The notes beneath the pieces were generated by a model that did not search any database, was not told the DNA's origin, and saw only the letters and a list, made by a program, of their open reading frames with translations. Made by a program: the position numbers and the translations under genes. Shown piece by piece: positions 58,277 through 64,000 of a stretch of 64,000 bases of DNA. Within the stretch, counting starts at the first letter, position 1; every line of letters begins with the position of its first letter. The DNA comes from an uncultured delta proteobacterium (GTDB lineage Bacteria; Bdellovibrionota; FAC87; UBA2466): positions 928,001-992,000 of the forward strand of contig CAVZSV010000004.1 of NCBI GenBank assembly GCA_963778115.1, given 5' to 3'.

Positions 58277-59275
58277 TTAGGCGGCTTGAGCGATCGATTC
58301 CGTGGGACTTCCAAAAAAACTTTGCTCATACTGCTGTGCGATTTTGTCGGAGTCTAACTTGGAGAAGATGTGGTCCTGGAATTCCTTCGCCATGGCGCAG
58401 CGAAGTTCTGGATTATCGAATAGGCGAATTACCAGCTCTCCCATCGGCCTCGTTTCATTCACGGGAACTACGAACCCGCTCTTTCCATCTTGAACCAGGG
58501 TTTCGATTCCCGGCAATTCCGTGCAAACGGCGGCCGCTCCGGCAGCGGCACCGAAAAGAAGGGGCAGGAAATGGTCATTTCGCAACGGAGCATAAAGCAT
58601 AATATCGAGTGAAGCGATTTCGTCGCAGCGAATCGTTTCCACCAGGGTAACATTCTCTTCCAGTCCGAGTTCCACGATTAATTTCGAAAGATGTCTGTGC
58701 AGGGGACCCGATCCCAAAATGCGAAAGCGGGCTTCAGGACGCTTACGACTCACATAGTGCGCGATATTGAGGACAAAGTTGAGATTAGATTGCTCTTCGA
58801 ACCTACCGAAAGCACCGATCAACGGTGCTTTTTTAGAAGGTGGCTTGGTCACGGAACTCTGTGGAGCAGCGCACAAGGGCAGATAGCTCACCTGGTCACG
58901 CCTTAAACCTTCGAGCTCCGCAAAAAACCGGAAGTTAATGGGGCTATGTGCCAAAACTTTCACCTTCGAGTAACTATTAGGCCGTAACTTTCTCCACAAT
59001 AAAGTGAACAGATTTCGCGACTCTGGTGGGATTCCAAATACCGAAACAAACACCTGCGGTCCCGATTTGAGCCGAAGGGTCTCTAATGCCTTTTTCCAGT
59101 CCCGGGCCAATACCCAAACGGCGTCACTGGAAGCGGGAACTGGCTGAGAAGGATTGACCTCCCTTACGGTACACACCTTACCTAGCGCCGAAAGAACAGG
59201 GCGAATCCCTTCGATTTCCCACGGTTGAATGTCGGGAAAAAAAATACACGTAAGTTCGTGTTTAGCGAATGGCAT
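58277..59275 (-). CDS. GT-B fold, GT4-like glycosyltransferase (divergent)
   Basis: 'GRFEEQSN', 'ILGSGPL', 'LVQDGKSGFVVP'. The donor-binding E-x7-E motif is degenerate. Confidence 0.8.
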   Translation of the reverse strand: MPFAKHELTCIFFPDIQPWEIEGIRPVLSALGKVCTVREVNPSQPVPASSDAVWVLARDWKKALETLRLKSGPQVFVSVFGIPPESRNLFTLLWRKLRPNSYSKVKVLAHSPINFRFFAELEGLRRDQVSYLPLCAAPQSSVTKPPSKKAPLIGAFGRFEEQSNLNFVLNIAHYVSRKRPEARFRILGSGPLHRHLSKLIVELGLEENVTLVETIRCDEIASLDIMLYAPLRNDHFLPLLFGAAAGAAAVCTELPGIETLVQDGKSGFVVPVNETRPMGELVIRLFDNPELRCAMAKEFQDHIFSKLDSDKIAQQYEQSFFGSPTESIAQAA

Positions 59276-59478
59276 TGCTCACTTTTTCCGATTGTTGGTT
59301 TTTAAGAATTCTGATGCTGTGAGTCGAAATAGGGATTTCGAGCGTCCCGGGAAAGGCTTCGCTCAGACTCTATTATACCGTTTTGTAGCTATTCCGTGGC
59401 TAAGAAAATTACGATGGCAGGCGACATTCGGAAGCCTGCGCTATCGATCGGGACACCGCCGAGCTTACGGTTAAAAAT

Positions 59479-60531
59479 TTACACTGTCTTTTCGTTGATG
59501 AAGTCGATGAGTCGTCGAAGACTGGCGACATCTTTACGATCGGCCTTAAAGACGAGTCTAGGATACTTTTCTAGCTCTGGTTCATTTCCCTCTTCTTCGA
59601 GAGGACCAGTCAATTTAAAGTCCCCTTCCAAGGATAAAGCGGCAAACTTCTCTTGCATCTGCTTCATCACTGCAGGACTAGGCTTCTTCTTAAGCCGAAA
59701 AACCACTCTGTCTTTCACGAAGCGCATGGAGTGATAAACGCGATAGAAAGTATCTATTTCGTTCAGAGCACTTTCGGCAGTATTACAGATTTTATATAAG
59801 GCACTATCGCTCGGCGATATATACCCGCGGGATAGGACCTCTTTCTCGAGAAACTTTACAAACGCCTCCCAAAAACCAACTCCTTTGGGCTCCACGAAAA
59901 CCACGGGAAAGAGATTGCTCTTTCCGGTTTGAAGAAGAGTAAGCACTTCAAAGGCCTCGTCAAAAGTACCAAACCCCCCCGGGAAAAAAGCAAACGCCGC
60001 CGCTTCTTTCACCAGAAACAGTTTTCGAGTAAAAAAGTATTTGTAATTGATAAGCATCTTCACAGGATCAATGAAGGGATTTGGGGTCTGTTCGAAGGGA
60101 AGACGGATATTAAGGCCAAAACCGCCCTTTTCGGCACCTTCGTTACCCGCGGCCATGATACCCGGGCCTCCGCCAGTAATGACCATCCACTTTTTCTTAA
60201 CCGCGAGTGCCGCAAAATCTTTGGCAATTTTATAGCAAGGATCATTGACCGGAGTTCGCGCCGAACCAAAGATCGTAATCTTGGGGATGTGCCGGTGCGG
60301 ATAGAACATCTTGAAGGAAAATCTAAGTTCCTTTAGCACCGAAGATGTGATTTTTAAATTTAAAGTGCCCGGATTCTCTTTGGCTAGCTTAAGCGCGGAC
60401 TTAAAAATTTCATTCAAAAGATGGACGCGGTTTGGCTTATGATCCTTTGCCACACTGGCTAGGAGCTTTTCTAGCTCTTGCCAATCCGTCGTTACCTCAT
60501 GAGAAGCTGTAATTTCCGTTGTTTCATCCAT
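59479..60531 (-). CDS. LOG family (TIGR00730 Rossmann fold) protein, long form
   Basis: 'TIFGSART', 'ITGGGPGIM', 'FFTRK', PGGFGTFDE. Confidence 0.92.
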   Translation of the reverse strand: MDETTEITASHEVTTDWQELEKLLASVAKDHKPNRVHLLNEIFKSALKLAKENPGTLNLKITSSVLKELRFSFKMFYPHRHIPKITIFGSARTPVNDPCYKIAKDFAALAVKKKWMVITGGGPGIMAAGNEGAEKGGFGLNIRLPFEQTPNPFIDPVKMLINYKYFFTRKLFLVKEAAAFAFFPGGFGTFDEAFEVLTLLQTGKSNLFPVVFVEPKGVGFWEAFVKFLEKEVLSRGYISPSDSALYKICNTAESALNEIDTFYRVYHSMRFVKDRVVFRLKKKPSPAVMKQMQEKFAALSLEGDFKLTGPLEEEGNEPELEKYPRLVFKADRKDVASLRRLIDFINEKTV

Positions 60532-60577
60532 TGATTTCAATTTGCATGCTTCGTCTCTTTACTGTTTAATTTAGCTC

Positions 60578-61864
60578 GTGGCTATTCAAACTAAGCAAAC
60601 CGGTAAAGACGCGGGCTCGTTTTCTAAAAAGACGCTCCACCTCATTCAACTCTTTTTCACTCTAGTCGGCATTCTGCTCAGCGTCTATATGCTCGTTCAG
60701 CATACCCGACTAAAAAGCGGAATCCAAGAAGGTCGCAGCTTCTGCTCATTTGGTAAACACATTGACTGCGATGCCGTAAACGCCAGCAATTTCTCTGAGG
60801 TTGGGGGAGTTCCGTTAGCCACCCTGGGCGCCTGCTTCTACTTTTTGCTTTTCGTCATGTCGATTTTAAGCCTCCCCCGATCTGCAGGCTATGAGAGATG
60901 GCAGCGGGCGATCGCCTGGTTTTGTCTGGTAAGCCTCTCTCTGGATGTCGTGCTTCTGGGCGTTCAGTCTTTCGTGCTATTCAATTTCTGCGTGCTCTGC
61001 ATTGGTTCCTATCTCGTGACGGGGATCATTTTTGTTACAGCCGGCCTCACTCTGAATAGGAATAAATGGAGTGGTCTTTTCGATGCAGCCCTTAAGAAGA
61101 ATATTCCTTCCAGTTCTAAAATAGGAGCGGGAGGCCTAACGATCCTTTTGATCTGTATGGCTGTTTTCTATTGGGCAATATCGATGCTTCCCACTTACGT
61201 TCGCAGCCACTCGCAAGCCAACAAGAATGCCGATAACGCGCTTAATCAGTTCTTCCAGGACTTCAAGCGGCTGCCTATCCGACGCCTTCCGGTAAAACCG
61301 GGGGACGGCACTTTCGGCAATTCGGCCGCCAAGGTTCAGGTCGTCGAATTTAGTGATTTTCAATGCCCGTTTTGCAAGAAAGCCGCTTTCACCATGCACA
61401 CGCTACTCAATGCGGACGCGGGAAAGATCTCTTTCGTTTTCAAAAACTACCCGCTGGATAAAGCGTGCAACGATAAGGTCATCTATCAAATGCACCAATA
61501 TGCGTGCCGATTATCAAAGCTCGCTTACTGCGCCAACGAAAGAGGAAATTTCTGGGCGTTTCATGACGCGGTCTTCCTCAATTGGGATACGGAAAAGGAT
61601 CTCGCCGTAGCCCCTTCGTCTCAAAACGACCCTCTCGAGACTGCGGTCACTTCAGGACCCTTAAAGGGTCTGTTCACGGAAAACCAATATAAGGATTGTC
61701 TAAAAAGTACCATCGCAGAAGAGAACACTTCCGAAGATCTCCACCTCGGAAATGATCTGGGAGTAAACGGAACCCCCAGCATCTTCATCGACGGTAAGCC
61801 CGTCACCATTCCCCTTACCGTGGAAAACCTGAAACATTTAATCGACATCGAAGATAAGTTGTAG
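60578..61864 (+). CDS. VKOR membrane oxidoreductase fused to a DsbA-like thioredoxin domain
   Basis: VKOR loop cysteines (FCS...DCDAV), CVLC active site, then 'EFSDFQCPFC' and 'GTPS'. Confidence 0.92.
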   Translation: MAIQTKQTGKDAGSFSKKTLHLIQLFFTLVGILLSVYMLVQHTRLKSGIQEGRSFCSFGKHIDCDAVNASNFSEVGGVPLATLGACFYFLLFVMSILSLPRSAGYERWQRAIAWFCLVSLSLDVVLLGVQSFVLFNFCVLCIGSYLVTGIIFVTAGLTLNRNKWSGLFDAALKKNIPSSSKIGAGGLTILLICMAVFYWAISMLPTYVRSHSQANKNADNALNQFFQDFKRLPIRRLPVKPGDGTFGNSAAKVQVVEFSDFQCPFCKKAAFTMHTLLNADAGKISFVFKNYPLDKACNDKVIYQMHQYACRLSKLAYCANERGNFWAFHDAVFLNWDTEKDLAVAPSSQNDPLETAVTSGPLKGLFTENQYKDCLKSTIAEENTSEDLHLGNDLGVNGTPSIFIDGKPVTIPLTVENLKHLIDIEDKL

Positions 61865-61957
61865 CGCCTAAGTCGTCACCCGTGTCTTGGGCTTACACAA
61901 GCCTCTTAGGCGTGTGTGCTCGACAGTCACCTGGCACGCCTTGCAAAGCATAAGCCT

Positions 61958-63187
61958 GTGAAGAGTCGACTCCTCATTTTTGGCCTCTGTGTAGCCACGC
62001 TGTTATCAGGGGCCATTGCTCGGGCTGAGACTCGTGATCTAAGAATTATGAGTCAAAACCTTTGGATGCTCTCTCTGGATTCGAGAGCCGGAGGTACTGC
62101 GGATGAAAGAGTGAAAATACTCCTCAAAGTTGTCCGGGAGGCTTCTCCCGACATTATCACTTTTAGCGAGGTCTGGGGGGCCGATTATAGAACCGCCGTC
62201 AAGAATAGTCTCACTCCTTTAGGATATCAGTGTGAAGCAAAGTCAGATTTACCACTACTCGATGCCGGGCGCGAAATTGGATTGGGGTTGGGAGCCGGAG
62301 CCAGCCTGCAGGCTTTCTTGGCCTACCGATCCCGAAAGAAAAGTTGTGAATGGTCTTATGCTGCCATTGGAATCGCGGCAGGTGCGACAGTCACCGCGGG
62401 TTTGGCCGCCACCTTCTTTGGGGCAGACCAGGGGATCGTAAGAAATTTTGGGGATGGACTTCTAGTCTGTTCCAAATTTGCTTTGAAAGAGTCCCAAGTT
62501 TTTCATTTCAAGAACACGGTAGGTTCTTTTAGCGACAAACAGGAAGAGATGTTTCTATTTAGAGGAGCCATCCGTGCGGTGTACGAGGTTCCCGGAATTG
62601 GCCCCGTTGAAGTTTACACCACTCATTTAGGCCCTCGAAGATACCACGAAGAGACGGGTACGTACGCTCCTGAAGACTCCGAGCAAAACAAAAAACAGAC
62701 ACTGGAATTAGTGGATTGGATAAGAAAGACCCATAAAGGTAAAACTCCCATGTTTCTGACCGGGGACATGAATTTTAACTATCAACAGATCACAAAGGGA
62801 AAGTGGGACGGTCAGCCTTACCCAGCTTACGAAATTCTCACCGATTCCCCAAGAGGATTAGGACTCATTGACACGTTTCGAAAGGTAAGAAATTACGGTT
62901 CCCCCCCAGAAGCTCCGAAAGCCGATGCCTATACGGACGGCCCCCTTACCCCAGGGGGTTATTTGACTAAACACATCGCCGAAGGCCACTCGCATCCCTA
63001 TGAGGTGACCGATTATATCTTCTGCGCTTCGGACCCTAGAATCATCCCACTAGACTCTCGCATCATCCTACAGACAAATTTCGGCAAGCTGGATCCTGAT
63101 GAAAAGCGCAAGAACGCCGAGAGACTGCTTCATGAAGAGTTAGCGGATCATGGTGGAGTTCTGACTACGGTTAGAATAAATCCTTAG
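61958..63187 (+). CDS. Secreted endonuclease/exonuclease/phosphatase (sphingomyelinase-like) protein
   Basis: Signal peptide, 'MSQN', 'DIITFSEVW', 'TTHL', 'GDMN', 'DYIF', 'ADH'. Start uncertain (61916 or 61958). Confidence 0.85.
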   Translation: MKSRLLIFGLCVATLLSGAIARAETRDLRIMSQNLWMLSLDSRAGGTADERVKILLKVVREASPDIITFSEVWGADYRTAVKNSLTPLGYQCEAKSDLPLLDAGREIGLGLGAGASLQAFLAYRSRKKSCEWSYAAIGIAAGATVTAGLAATFFGADQGIVRNFGDGLLVCSKFALKESQVFHFKNTVGSFSDKQEEMFLFRGAIRAVYEVPGIGPVEVYTTHLGPRRYHEETGTYAPEDSEQNKKQTLELVDWIRKTHKGKTPMFLTGDMNFNYQQITKGKWDGQPYPAYEILTDSPRGLGLIDTFRKVRNYGSPPEAPKADAYTDGPLTPGGYLTKHIAEGHSHPYEVTDYIFCASDPRIIPLDSRIILQTNFGKLDPDEKRKNAERLLHEELADHGGVLTTVRINP

Positions 63188-63379
63188 GCAAAACGAAATC
63201 GCTAAGGCCCACACGAACGTGGGCCTAGAGGCGATGGTGAACTTGAACTCTCACTTCATCGTGAGCTTGTGCACTTCCAATCCAACCCGGGTTCTTTCCG
63301 AATGACGCTTGCGGTCGAGAACACCGTTGAGGGAAACCCAGAGGTAGGGTGCGGCGGCGGCATGGAACGGTGCTAACCC

Positions 63380-63785
63380 ACTCTTGCGTATCCCCACGCC
63401 AAAGGGCCGTAAACCCCCAAACCCAAAAAAAGAAAACCAATTTATCCGCCGCGCGACGGCAAAAAAATAATCCCGGTCCGAGATCCGAAAATAAAGAGAA
63501 AAAAAACGAAAGCGCCAGCGACAGAACAATCTTCTCACTCCTCCGTCTTCATAACGGCCTCGCACAAAAGAAAGCAGGGACTCCTAGGAAGGCCCGTCTC
63601 AAATTACAGAACGAGGTCCATGCACTAGTCATCACCCAAGCACCAGCGTCGGAAGGTACAAACTTTTCCTGAGCGGAGCGACGGCACAGGTTAGACGTTC
63701 TTGAATAAACAACTCTTGCGCACCCCAACGCCAAAGGGACCGTAAGCCCCAAACCCAAAAATCCGAGAAGAAAGAGAAAAAAAAC
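63380..63785. repeat. Degenerate direct repeats (two ~50-bp units about 332 bp apart plus A-rich tails)
   Basis: ACTCTTGCG...CGCCAAAGGG(A)CCGTAA.CCCC(C)AAACCCAAAAA at 63380-63429 and 63712-63761. ATCCGA.AA.AAAGAGAAAAAAAAC follows both. Confidence 0.7.
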
Positions 63786-64000
63786 AGGATGCGTCGGACA
63801 AATTATGATTGACACGATTCGTCAAAGAATCGGGTTATGGGAGTCATGACTTGTCCGCTGGTAAATAAACCACGCTCCTCTTCGTTTCCTTCGACGCTAC
63901 GAGATTGTTTTTTGGGTAATCACCTGGGCTCCTCACATGATTCGAATCATGTTGCAGTGACGTAAATACCGCAAAAAAAGTCACTCCAAAAACCCGTGGT

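Noticed and set aside
61932..61945. TGGCACGCCTTGCA as a sigma-54 promoter (and similar elements near 11675 and 13433)
   Set aside because: GG-to-GC spacing is 8-9 nt rather than the required 10.
63380..63785. CRISPR array
   Set aside because: Only two degenerate units with ~280 bp between them and no cas genes.

Overview
Gene-dense bacterial chromosomal segment (about 50% GC by eye) with about 50 CDSs. I found no rRNA, tRNA, CRISPR array or intact mobile element. Gene content suggests a Bdellovibrionota/deltaproteobacterium-like organism, but this is inference only. Housekeeping blocks are ftsQ-ftsA-ftsZ (detached from mur/ddl genes), flbD-motA-motB, a xylFGH-type sugar ABC transporter, pilW/tgl-rodZ, and an ArsR/SmtB regulator with a cytochrome c-FTR1 permease. 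Many hydrolases and orphan secreted proteins or lipoproteins lie between them. The most notable non-obvious signals are: (1) a consensus sigma-54 promoter (17645-17660) followed directly by a ~180-nt sequence that folds into a long rod with a large pyrimidine-rich anti-SD-like loop, a candidate undescribed sRNA; (2) two more sigma-54-like promoters sharing an upstream TAGCGTC-N8-CGACA box, ahead of a duplicated membrane/BON gene pair and a vWA + Zn-ribbon/Ser-Thr kinase/degenerate-FHA pair; (3) a family of GAA-loop palindromic REP-like repeats, a perfect 56-bp palindrome and a remnant of a RAYT-like Y1 transposase; (4) a head-to-head pair of paralogous Cys-patterned lipoproteins; (5) a motif-degenerate GT4 protein directly upstream of ftsQ.
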